A stretch of DNA of 31,960 bases from Promethearchaeota archaeon (GTDB taxonomy: Archaea; Asgardarchaeota; Lokiarchaeia; Sigyniarchaeales; SOKP01): positions 1 to 31,960 of the forward strand of contig JAEOTA010000032.1 of NCBI GenBank assembly GCA_016840085.1, given 5' to 3'. The position numbers and the translations under genes are program-made. The notes beneath the pieces are model-generated. The model did not search any database and was not told the DNA's origin. It worked only from the letters and a program-made list of their open reading frames with translations. This document shows, piece after piece, positions 10,036 through 19,527 of this stretch (position 1 is the stretch's first letter; each line of letters opens with the position of its first letter).

Positions 10036-11775
10036 TCACGATTTTTTGTGTATAATCTCTCGAGCTTTTTCAAATATCTCATGAGTTTTAACTCCAGCGG
10101 GGCATTTAGTATGACAAATTGCACAAGAAGTGCATGTATGTATTATATCAGTTATTAATTCGTTTAATTCTAAATCACCATGAACTAATCCATTTAATAT
10201 GCTTAATCTTCCTCTTGGACTATAGGATTCAATCATATGATAAATTCTTGAAGGGCATGTTGTAATACAAAATCCACATCTCATACATTTTAATTCTAAA
10301 ATATTATCGGAACGATTTTTTAAACTTCTTAATATGCTTGATTTTGCCAAAGAACGTTGATCACCCTTTCCAATTCCCGGATTTAAAATCATTTTTGGAT
10401 CAAAAAGCTTTTTAACTTTAGACATTAAATCAACCACCTTAGAACCATGTTCAAGTTCAAGAAATGGCGTTTTAATTTTACCTATTCCATGTTCTCCCGT
10501 AAGACTACCCCCTACAGGAATAATTATTTTCTTATATAAATAATCTATAGCAGTTTGAAAATCTTTTACATCTTGTTTGTCGTTTTCATTAAATAAAAAA
10601 GTAGGATGTAAATTGCCTTCCATATGGCAGATAGTTGCCACTAATAAATTTTTGGCATGTATTTTTTCAGGAATTTGTTCAATTTGCTTGATGACATCTG
10701 CAAAATGAGTTATTTGAATTGTACAATCTTCTACACATGTACTTGGTCTTATTCTAGAAAGGGCGGGGAGATTTGCTTTTCTAGAAAGGATTAACCGTTC
10801 TCTTTCCTCTTCATTTTTGGCAATTTTATGAAATAGTGGGCTTTTTTGAATTATTATATCAAATAAAATCGAGAAGTTTTCTTCTACTTCTCTTTCAGTA
10901 ACGCCATCTACTTCTGCTAATAACACATAACCATTTGGAAAATCTAAAAATTCACCACCCAAATACTCTGAAACGGCTTTTAAAATTAATTTATCCATAA
11001 ATTCTAATAGATTTGGAACAATACCTTTACGTCTAATTTCTAATACAGCATCTTGTAATTTATCAACATCTTCGAAAATAAATAGACCTAATTTTTTTGT
11101 TTTTGGTAATGGTCGAATTCGTAAACCAATATTCGTAATAACTCCAAGAGTTCCTTCAGAACCAATAAATAAATCTTTCAAATTATAAGAGGATACAGAT
11201 TTCAATACATCTGCACCCAAATTTAAGATTTGTCCATTAGGTAACACAACTTCCAAATATAATACATAGTTTTTAGTAACACCATACTTAAATGCCTGAA
11301 TTCCTCCAGCATTTGTCGCAACCATCCCTCCTATAGTAGCAACTGAGCTTGAGCCAGGATCAGGTGGAAAAAAATAACTATACGGTTTTAATACCTCATT
11401 TAAATCATCGCATATTACCCCAGGTTCAATTTCAACTAAATTATTCTCAATATCAATTTTAATTATATTATTCATTTTAGCTAAATCTAAAACGATACCA
11501 TTATAAGGTGTCATAGAGCCTCCAGACAAGCTTGTGCCGCTCCCTCGAGGAGTTACTGGGATTTTATTGTCATTTGCTAATTTTAAAATCTCAGAAATTT
11601 GCTCAACCGTTTTGGGTAATACTATTAAATCAGGAATCCATTCTTTTTCAAAAATTGTGCCCCCAAAACCATAAGTCCATCTAATTACAAAACTATCAAA
11701 ACAAGAATTTTCTCCAACTATTTCTGTAAATTTTTCAATTAGAGAAGTTGATACTTTATTATAAGTAATTACCAT
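10036..11775 (-). CDS. FAD-linked 2-hydroxyacid oxidoreductase (GlcD/D-lactate dehydrogenase family) with a fused C-terminal 2x[4Fe-4S] domain
   Basis: PRGSGTSLSGG, PDPGSS..TIGGMVATNAGG, GSEGTLGVIT, GEHGIG and LNPG, followed by CMRCGFCITTCP and CTSCAICHTKCP. Confidence 0.92.
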   Translation of the reverse strand: MVITYNKVSTSLIEKFTEIVGENSCFDSFVIRWTYGFGGTIFEKEWIPDLIVLPKTVEQISEILKLANDNKIPVTPRGSGTSLSGGSMTPYNGIVLDLAKMNNIIKIDIENNLVEIEPGVICDDLNEVLKPYSYFFPPDPGSSSVATIGGMVATNAGGIQAFKYGVTKNYVLYLEVVLPNGQILNLGADVLKSVSSYNLKDLFIGSEGTLGVITNIGLRIRPLPKTKKLGLFIFEDVDKLQDAVLEIRRKGIVPNLLEFMDKLILKAVSEYLGGEFLDFPNGYVLLAEVDGVTEREVEENFSILFDIIIQKSPLFHKIAKNEEERERLILSRKANLPALSRIRPSTCVEDCTIQITHFADVIKQIEQIPEKIHAKNLLVATICHMEGNLHPTFLFNENDKQDVKDFQTAIDYLYKKIIIPVGGSLTGEHGIGKIKTPFLELEHGSKVVDLMSKVKKLFDPKMILNPGIGKGDQRSLAKSSILRSLKNRSDNILELKCMRCGFCITTCPSRIYHMIESYSPRGRLSILNGLVHGDLELNELITDIIHTCTSCAICHTKCPAGVKTHEIFEKAREIIHKKS

Positions 11776-12019
11776 ATTAAAAATAGATTCTTTTAAGCCT
11801 TACTATATATTTTTAAATGAGTTTAGTTATATTTTATTCTTTTAAAAATAAAATTATATCTATTTATAAAGATGAGTTAATAAGGATTAATGATGTTAGT
11901 TAAGAAAATATTTAACAATTCATAGAGGAATTTTTTCTTTATAACAATAAAAAATTTAAGAGTAGTTAGCTTTTTTATTCATGATAAAACAACAACAATT
12001 AATACTCAAAGGAAATATT

Positions 12020-12316
12020 ATGAAACAGAATGATAATAAAACTAAGGATTCATTAAATAGAAAAAACTTCGTACCCTCAAATTATTTAAATCAATTAATC
12101 CAAAATTTATCGAATCCTCGGTTTTTAGGCTCAATTCATTTAAAAAAGGAAATGAACCCTAATTATAGTCAAGTTGAAAATTTGATTTCAAATGAACGCG
12201 AATTAAAGATGACAAAAACATTAAAAAATGTAATATTAAATCCAATAACAAAAATTTTGATAATTTCTGCTATTATTTTTAATGTAATCTGGTTTCTTTT
12301 AATTTACTTTTTGTAA
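12020..12316 (+). CDS. Small protein with a single C-terminal transmembrane anchor
   Basis: Hydrophilic body ending in ILIISAIIFNVIWFLLIYFL*. The start is either 11981 or 12020; the latter has AGGA upstream. Confidence 0.6.
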   Translation: MKQNDNKTKDSLNRKNFVPSNYLNQLIQNLSNPRFLGSIHLKKEMNPNYSQVENLISNERELKMTKTLKNVILNPITKILIISAIIFNVIWFLLIYFL

Positions 12317-12461
12317 AAGAATAATAATATCAATGATATAGAAAAAACATGGTTATTTTCTTTTTAATATAATATAATAGATATTTTTATTTTTCAAGAT
12401 TAGAATTTATATATTTATTACAATAATTGTAAAATCTATAAGTTAAAAGGTCGACGAACAA

Positions 12462-13934
12462 TTGATTTACGATGTTATAATAATTGGAGGCGGAGTAACA
12501 GGATGTAGTATAGCCCGTACTCTCTCAAAGTATAATATAAAGGTTTGTTTGCTTGAAAAAGAGGGAGAAGTGGCTTCTGGAACAACTAAAGCAAATTCTG
12601 GTGTTGTTCATGCAGGTTATGCATCACCAAGAGAATATATTAAACGATATCTATGTATTAAGGGAAATAAATTATATACTCAAGCAGCCCAGGAGTTGAA
12701 TTTTCCCTTTAAGCGAACTGGATCTTTTGTAGTAGCACTAGAAGATAATCAGATTAAAATATTGGAGAAGGAACGGAAAAAGGGAACAGAAGATGGGATA
12801 CCTGAGCTGGACTTATTATTCGATAAAAAGCAGATAAAAAAAATGGAGCCCAATTTAACCGATGATGTTGTTGGAGTGTTACATGCTCCAACTGCTGGAC
12901 TTGTTAGCCCCTACGAATTAACTTTCGCTTTAGCTGAAAACGCCGCTATAAATGGAGTGAAATTCTTTAGAAATCACGAAGTTGTCAGAATTAAACATGA
13001 AGATTATATCTTTACAGTACGAACATACAAAGGTGAATTTCAAGGACGAAATCTCATTAATGCTGCAGGTCTTTATGCTGCGAAAATTTCAAAAATGTTA
13101 GGTTTGGATTATTTTAGTATAATGCCACGAAAGGGTGAATATATATTATTCGACAGAAATGCTTTACAACTTAACAAAGTATTATTTCCTATAGCTACAA
13201 AAGTTTCTAAAGGGATTCTAGTTTGTCCAACATTACATGGTAATACTTTTGTCGGTCCTAATGCTCAGAATATAACAGATCCAGAAGATATATCAACAAC
13301 TACGGCTGGATTAAAAGAAATTTTGGAAGGAGGGAGAAAATTAATTCCTAATCTCCCTGCAAGAAGTTCCATCAGGAGTTTCGCGGGTTTAAGAGCAGTT
13401 CCAGATACTTATGATTTTATCATTGATAATACCGATGTTTATGGATTTATTAATGTAGCGGGGATTTTATCACCGGGTCTTACAGCTACTTTTGCAATTG
13501 CTGAGAAAGTGGTTGAATTTCTTGAATTACTAGGATTAGAATTGAAAATTAAGGAGGATTACAATCCAAATAGACCGAAACCAGAACGGTTTAAAGATTT
13601 TACAAAAGAAGAGTTAGATAAGAAAATACGAGAAGATCCAGCCTGGGGTAGAATTATTTGTCGTTGTGAAACAATACCCGAAAAAGAGATAATCAATGCG
13701 ATTCATGCGCCAGTTGGAGCAAATACCGTAGATGGAGTAAAGTTTCGGTGTAGACCGGGCATGGGTAGGTGCCAAGGTGGATTCTGTCGTCCACGTGTTA
13801 TTGAAATTTTGTCAAGAGAATTAAATAAATCTTATGAAGAAATTACGAAGAAGGGAGAAGATACTAACATTTTGGTTGGTAAAACAAAGGATTTCATTTT
13901 AAAAAGTGAAAGAAGAGGTGTTAGTGAAGAATGA
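12462..13934 (+). CDS. FAD-dependent glycerol-3-phosphate dehydrogenase-like subunit (GlpA/LhgO family) with a C-terminal BFD-like [2Fe-2S] domain
   Basis: DVIIIGGGVTG, TTKANSGVVHAG, PRKGEY and SPGLTA, then IICRCE...RPGMGRCQGGFC. Confidence 0.9.
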   Translation: MIYDVIIIGGGVTGCSIARTLSKYNIKVCLLEKEGEVASGTTKANSGVVHAGYASPREYIKRYLCIKGNKLYTQAAQELNFPFKRTGSFVVALEDNQIKILEKERKKGTEDGIPELDLLFDKKQIKKMEPNLTDDVVGVLHAPTAGLVSPYELTFALAENAAINGVKFFRNHEVVRIKHEDYIFTVRTYKGEFQGRNLINAAGLYAAKISKMLGLDYFSIMPRKGEYILFDRNALQLNKVLFPIATKVSKGILVCPTLHGNTFVGPNAQNITDPEDISTTTAGLKEILEGGRKLIPNLPARSSIRSFAGLRAVPDTYDFIIDNTDVYGFINVAGILSPGLTATFAIAEKVVEFLELLGLELKIKEDYNPNRPKPERFKDFTKEELDKKIREDPAWGRIICRCETIPEKEIINAIHAPVGANTVDGVKFRCRPGMGRCQGGFCRPRVIEILSRELNKSYEEITKKGEDTNILVGKTKDFILKSERRGVSEE

Positions 13935-15229
13935 AAATATATGAAGTAGATGTTGCTGTAATTGGTGGTGGTTCTGCTGGTTTAGCTGCTGCTATAGTTG
14001 TTAAAAAAGCTGATTTAAATGTTATAATACTAGAAAGAGATAAGGAATTGGGAGGAATTACTCTCCAATGTATTCATAATGGATTCGGTCTTCATGAGTT
14101 TAAAGAAGAATTAACAGGTCCTGAATATATCCAAAGATTTATTGATCAAGCTAAAGAATTAGAAATTCCTTATAAATTAGATACAATGGTTATTGAATTT
14201 ACTCCAGATAAAATTATTTATGCTGTAAATAACAGAGAAGGTCTTATTGAGATTAAAGCTAGAGCTATAATCCTGGCTATGGGATGTCGAGAAAGAACAA
14301 GGGGCGCAATCAATATCCCTGGCTTTAGATCTGCTGGAATTTATACTGCTGGACAAGCACAAAGATTTGTGAATATCGAGGGGTATTTGCCTGGAAGAAC
14401 TTTTGTTATTCTAGGTAGTGGAGATATTGGTATGATCATGGCTCGTCGCCTTACATGGGAAGGCTGTCAAGTCAAAGCAGTGGTCGAAATACAACCCTAT
14501 GTAAGTGGATTAATAAGAAATCAAGTACAGTGTTTAGATGATTATGGTATCCCGCTTATAACTAGTTATACTGTTACAAAAATTCATGGTAAAGACAGAG
14601 TAAAGGGAGTTACAATTTCCAAAGTTGATAGAAACTTTGATAGAGTTATAGGCTCTGAAAAATTCATAGAATGTGATACATTACTCTTATCTGTTGGTTT
14701 AATCCCCGAGAATGAATTAACCAGAGATGCAGGAGCCCATATCTCCGAAATGGGAGGACCAATTGTAGATAATAATTTAGAAACTACTGTTGAAGGGGTA
14801 TTTGCATGTGGTAATGTATTACAAGTCCATGATCTAGTTGACCTCGTGACTGCAGAAGCTAAAAGAGCTGGATTTAATGCTGTTGAATATGTCAAAGAAA
14901 GATATAGGAAAAAGATAGAAAAAAAAGAAATAATCAAATGTGTAGCAGGTGAAAATGTTAATTATGTAAAACCTGATTTTATAAATAAATCAGATTTATC
15001 TAAGGATATAATTTTCACATTTAGAGTAAAACAACCAGACAGAAGAATTCAAATACAATTTAAAGATGGAAAAAATAAAGTAATATACAAAAGAAAGAAA
15101 CTTTATGTTATTCCTAGCGAAATGATTGAATTAAAATTAAATTTAACCGAACAACAAATAGACTCTGATTGTAATAGTTTGGAAATTGAAGTAATACCAC
15201 GTCCAGAAGTTTTAATAGAAGAAGATTAA
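13931..15229 (+). CDS. Pyridine nucleotide-disulfide oxidoreductase (NADH-oxidase-like partner of the G3P dehydrogenase)
   Basis: IGGGSAG, LQCIHNGFG, AMGCRER, GSGDIG and GNVLQVHDLVD; ATGA start-stop overlap with the upstream gene. Confidence 0.9.
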   Translation: MKIYEVDVAVIGGGSAGLAAAIVVKKADLNVIILERDKELGGITLQCIHNGFGLHEFKEELTGPEYIQRFIDQAKELEIPYKLDTMVIEFTPDKIIYAVNNREGLIEIKARAIILAMGCRERTRGAINIPGFRSAGIYTAGQAQRFVNIEGYLPGRTFVILGSGDIGMIMARRLTWEGCQVKAVVEIQPYVSGLIRNQVQCLDDYGIPLITSYTVTKIHGKDRVKGVTISKVDRNFDRVIGSEKFIECDTLLLSVGLIPENELTRDAGAHISEMGGPIVDNNLETTVEGVFACGNVLQVHDLVDLVTAEAKRAGFNAVEYVKERYRKKIEKKEIIKCVAGENVNYVKPDFINKSDLSKDIIFTFRVKQPDRRIQIQFKDGKNKVIYKRKKLYVIPSEMIELKLNLTEQQIDSDCNSLEIEVIPRPEVLIEED

Positions 15230-15251
15230 TTGCATAATGAGGTTTTAAGAA

Positions 15252-15653
15252 ATGTCAACTAAAATAAATGAAGATGAACAGAAACTCCCAGAGGGATTTA
15301 AGGATATAAGATGTATCGTTTGCCCTACAGGATGTTTAGTACATGTTGAAAATGTAAATGGGGAATTGATTATTGAAGGACATTCTTGCAAGAGAGGTGA
15401 GGAATATGCAAGGGAGGAGTTTATAGCCCCAAAACGTATTCTTACAACAACCATGAGAGTTGAAAATGGTTTCCTACCTTTAATTCCTGTTAGATCAAAT
15501 TTCCCACTACCCAAAGAAAAACTCAAAGAAACTTTGAAAGAAATTGCAAAAACTGTAGTTAAAGCCCCGATTAAAATGGGGGATATCTTAATTCAGAATG
15601 TTGTAGGCTTGGATGTTGATATTATAGCAAGTCGAAATTTAATTGAAGTCTAA
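15252..15653 (+). CDS. DUF1667 CxxC metal-binding small subunit
   Basis: CIVCPTGC...GHSCKRG...PKRILTTT; the typical third gene of the G3PDH-Nox-DUF1667 operon. Confidence 0.9.
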   Translation: MSTKINEDEQKLPEGFKDIRCIVCPTGCLVHVENVNGELIIEGHSCKRGEEYAREEFIAPKRILTTTMRVENGFLPLIPVRSNFPLPKEKLKETLKEIAKTVVKAPIKMGDILIQNVVGLDVDIIASRNLIEV

Positions 15654-15751
15654 TAATTTTAGAATTTCTTTTTAAAAATTATTTAATTTTGTGAATAATT
15701 ATAAATAATTTAAGATTTAACTCTTTATCTATATATTATCTTAATAACAAG

Positions 15752-17131
15752 ATGATTTATTTGAATAAAGATGATCTTTTAATTCAATTGGAAAAAATTT
15801 CTGGAATGGATTTTGTTTCGAATAAAACTGAAGATCTCTATATCTATTCCCAAGATCCTGGGGCTTCTGAACCTCGTCCAGTTGATTTTGTGGTATTACC
15901 TAAAAACGTAGAAGAGATCCAAAAAATCATAGAATTAGCAAATAGAGAAAAAATTCCACTTATTCCTATGGGAGGTGGTTTGACGCTTAGTGGTTTAATA
16001 ATTCCTATAAGAGGTGGTATTGTATTAGATCTAAAGAGAATGAACCAGATACTCGAAATAAACGAAATAAGTCGTTATGCTCTCATTGAACCCGGAGTAA
16101 CTACGGGGCAATTACTTGCACATCTAAATGATCACTATCCTGATTTGCAACCAGCAATCCCAGATGCTCCACCCTCAGCAACAGTTACAGGAAATGCCTT
16201 AATCCATGGATCAGGTTATTTATCCCAGAAGTATGGAAATCATGGAAGTATGATCAATGGATTAGAAGTAGTGTTACCGAGTGGAGAAATCTGTAAATTA
16301 GGATCTTGTGCCTTATCTGATTGTTGGTTTACGAGAGGTCCAATTCCTGATTTAATTGGGTTATTTACTAGTTCTTTTGGAACAATGGGAATCATTACAA
16401 AATTATCCTATAAATTATATCCAAAACCAAAAATGAGAGATATGGTTTTTGGATTATGTAAAGATGTAAACAATGTTCCAAAGCTGGTTTCTAAAATTAC
16501 ATATACTGAATTAGCAGAAGATATTCTTCTCGGCAAAGCGGATAAACCAGATTATATGAAAGGTTATGTTACTGTAATGGTTTATATTACTGGAGATTCA
16601 GAAGAAGAATTGGAGTCTAAAAGAAAGATGATTAAACGATTGTATCGTAAAAATGGCGCTCAATTTATGAAGATGCCTGAAAGACTAATGAATATTTTTT
16701 TAGAAAAACCTCAATTTGCTGCTGCTGCTGCTGATTTTAGAAAAGGAGGGGGATTTGAATATGTTGGTTCATTTTTACCCTTAGAAAAAACCCCTGAAGC
16801 AATTGAAAAAGCTACTGCGATTTCAAATAAATACAATATTATTCCCACCCTAATTTTAAGAATTATTGGAAAAGGTCATTGTGTAATGTTCGCTCCCACA
16901 TTTGCGTTTAATCGTGCAGACCCTGCTGATATTGAAAATGCTCGGAATGCATTAGATGAGACTAATAAACTGGTTTTAGAGTTGGGAGGTATACCTTGGA
17001 AAGCAGAATTAGCAGGACAAAAGCTTATCGTCGAAAAGATGGATCCTAATTATAAGAAACTTCTAAAATCAATTCGAAACGTGATAGATCCAAATGGTAT
17101 AATGAATCCTGGAAATTGGGAGGTGAATTAA
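15752..17131 (+). CDS. FAD-binding oxidoreductase (GlcD/alkyl-DHAP synthase superfamily)
   Basis: PMGGGLTLSG, EPGVT, GLEVVLPSGEI, GTMGIIT and DPNGIMNPG. It lacks the GEHG motif. Confidence 0.88.
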   Translation: MIYLNKDDLLIQLEKISGMDFVSNKTEDLYIYSQDPGASEPRPVDFVVLPKNVEEIQKIIELANREKIPLIPMGGGLTLSGLIIPIRGGIVLDLKRMNQILEINEISRYALIEPGVTTGQLLAHLNDHYPDLQPAIPDAPPSATVTGNALIHGSGYLSQKYGNHGSMINGLEVVLPSGEICKLGSCALSDCWFTRGPIPDLIGLFTSSFGTMGIITKLSYKLYPKPKMRDMVFGLCKDVNNVPKLVSKITYTELAEDILLGKADKPDYMKGYVTVMVYITGDSEEELESKRKMIKRLYRKNGAQFMKMPERLMNIFLEKPQFAAAAADFRKGGGFEYVGSFLPLEKTPEAIEKATAISNKYNIIPTLILRIIGKGHCVMFAPTFAFNRADPADIENARNALDETNKLVLELGGIPWKAELAGQKLIVEKMDPNYKKLLKSIRNVIDPNGIMNPGNWEVN

Positions 17132-17133
17132 AT

Positions 17134-18306
17134 ATGGGTACAGAAGTAAAACAGGATTGGAAAGATATTGTTCATAGATGCTTTAGATGTGGCTATTGTA
17201 AATTTACTCATGAATATTCTGATTTCAATTGTCCAAGTTATAAAAAATATCGATTTGAAACATATAGTACCGGGGGTAGGATGTGGCTTATATTTGGAAT
17301 AATTAATGGTGATCTTGAATGGAGTCCGAATTTGGCAAATGTATTATATGCCTGTTCTACGTGTGGAAATTGTACAGAGAATTGTAGATTTGAAAAATTT
17401 AATGATTTTCTTGTTGACATAATTGAAGCAGCTCGAGCTGAAGCTGTTAAAAATGGATTTTGTCCAGAAAAACAGAAAGCTTTATTAGAACGTACAGAAA
17501 ATCCAGAAAATTATAATCCATATGGTGAAAAGAATTCTGATAATCAAGAGTTAAAAAAGAAGTATAACTTACCAGACAAAGCAGAATGGGTTTATTTCAT
17601 AGGATGTACCTCTAATTATCGACAAAAAAACTTAAGAGATGCTACAATACGATTTTTAAAAAAAGCAAATGTAGATTTTACATTAATAGATGAGCATTGC
17701 TGTTGTAGCCCAATTATTCGAACAGGTCAAATAAATCCTGTAAAAGATTTTATGGATTACAATATTACGCATATTAAAGATGCAGGTGCTTCTAAGGTTA
17801 TAACTTCTTGTGCTGGGTGTTATCGTACAATAAAGAAAGATTGGTTAAAGTTTGGTGCGGATTATGATTTTGAGGTATATCATACTGTTGAATTAGTTAA
17901 ACAACTATTAGATGAGGGACAATTAGAAATCAAATCAGAATTTAATAATACAGTAACTTATCACGATCCCTGTCACTTAGGACGTCATACGGGGATGTAT
18001 GAAGTTCCAAGAGAAGTATATAAAAAAATCCCGGGAATACAATTTGTTGAGATGCGAAGAAATCGAGAGAATGCATGGTGTTGCGGAGCAGGAGGAGGTG
18101 TTAAAATAGGTTATCCTGAATGGTCAGTAGAAACTTCAAAAGAAAGATTAGAAGAAGCTAAAGAAACAGGTGCAACTGTGATATCTTCAATATGTCCATT
18201 CTGTAGGACAAATTTGCAAGATGCAAATGATAAATATAATATGGGTTTTGAGGTATTAGACCTATTAGAAATTTTGGATAAATTAGAAATAAATATAAAT
18301 AAATAA
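17134..18306 (+). CDS. GlcF/HdrD-like Fe-S oxidoreductase (ferredoxin-type motifs plus two CCG domains)
   Basis: CFRCGYC, CSTCGNCTENC, EHCCCSP, YHDPCHLGR and CCGAGGG; GGAGGTGA Shine-Dalgarno before ATG 17134. Confidence 0.92.
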   Translation: MGTEVKQDWKDIVHRCFRCGYCKFTHEYSDFNCPSYKKYRFETYSTGGRMWLIFGIINGDLEWSPNLANVLYACSTCGNCTENCRFEKFNDFLVDIIEAARAEAVKNGFCPEKQKALLERTENPENYNPYGEKNSDNQELKKKYNLPDKAEWVYFIGCTSNYRQKNLRDATIRFLKKANVDFTLIDEHCCCSPIIRTGQINPVKDFMDYNITHIKDAGASKVITSCAGCYRTIKKDWLKFGADYDFEVYHTVELVKQLLDEGQLEIKSEFNNTVTYHDPCHLGRHTGMYEVPREVYKKIPGIQFVEMRRNRENAWCCGAGGGVKIGYPEWSVETSKERLEEAKETGATVISSICPFCRTNLQDANDKYNMGFEVLDLLEILDKLEININK

Positions 18307-18356
18307 AACTTCTAAAAAAAAATTTAATTTTTTATTTTATTATTATTCTAATTTTT

Positions 18357-19376
18357 TTAGTAATTTAATTCTTCTCCTAACGCAAGTCTACATAAGTCGC
18401 TTAATAAATAATTTTTTAATCCCTTTCTTTCCACTTTTGAACCCAATGATTCTTTACAAAAAGGGCAACTATATACACATGCCTCAGCGCCATTATCAAC
18501 CATATCTTTAACGTTTCTATTTTGAGTAGACCTTACTAAATTGCTTTTACCAAGTGTAGGGAATGCTGCTGCGCAACATAACGCATTTTCTCTATCGTAC
18601 TTTCTAGCAACTCGTTCAACTCCAATTAAATTACAAATTTTATCTGCTAACTTATCTATTTTAGGTAAAAAACGATTAGAACAAGATCTCTGATATGCTA
18701 TTTTCATACCAAGCTTTTTAATCTCTGATTCATGGTCTTTTAAATAATTATGAAGATATTTATAAATATGAATTGGTTTGAAATCTTTTGGAAGTTCTAT
18801 GTTATTACGGGGACAATAAGATGTGTAAAATCCATAACACTCATCGTGAAAACAAATCATTTCCTTAATCCCTTGTTTCTTGATATTATTTAGTATGATA
18901 GGAGCTCTTTCTCTAATAACCGAATCTCTTGCATAATGATGATATACTAAGTTGCAAAAATAAGAGAGTCCACTAACATATTGCAAGTTTTCAAATAATT
19001 GACCCTCCATATTTTTAGCATTTGTTCTAGGGAAAGCACATTTATTTAAAACTGGTTTTTCAGAATCAATTTCTTTTAATCTTAACTCATCATGGGGTTT
19101 ATACATATTGATTGTAGCTTCTAAAATTTTTTGATTTATGTCAAATGTATTGAATTTTTCTTGTAATTCTGTTATTAAATCAAATGGATGCGAACTGTAC
19201 GGGCAATATTCATCACATGCGAAACAAGTAACACATTCTTTTAAAACGAATGAATTTTCTCCATTAATCATTTTTTCCATTTCCATCCTTGCTGTCTCCT
19301 TGTCAATATCCATCCATTGACATCGCGTCAAACAGTCAATATTTTTGCATTCTGAACAATTAGATTTATCAAACAT
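18357..19376 (-). CDS. Fe-S/CCG-domain (HdrD/GlcF-like) protein with divergent CCG motifs
   Basis: CSECKNIDCLTRC, CVTCFACDEYCP, HDECY, YQRSCS, ALCCAA and CPFC. Confidence 0.85.
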   Translation of the reverse strand: MFDKSNCSECKNIDCLTRCQWMDIDKETARMEMEKMINGENSFVLKECVTCFACDEYCPYSSHPFDLITELQEKFNTFDINQKILEATINMYKPHDELRLKEIDSEKPVLNKCAFPRTNAKNMEGQLFENLQYVSGLSYFCNLVYHHYARDSVIRERAPIILNNIKKQGIKEMICFHDECYGFYTSYCPRNNIELPKDFKPIHIYKYLHNYLKDHESEIKKLGMKIAYQRSCSNRFLPKIDKLADKICNLIGVERVARKYDRENALCCAAAFPTLGKSNLVRSTQNRNVKDMVDNGAEACVYSCPFCKESLGSKVERKGLKNYLLSDLCRLALGEELNY

Positions 19377-19527
19377 TTTTTCATCAATATTTAGTACTTT
19401 TATGTTTTAAGATTGAAATATCTAGTTTGTGATTCCAATATTGTGAAAACGTTTTTAATTTTATTAAAATAAGTATAATAAATCTATACAAAAATAAAAT
19501 AAACATACTTTTAACGAATGATAAAAG

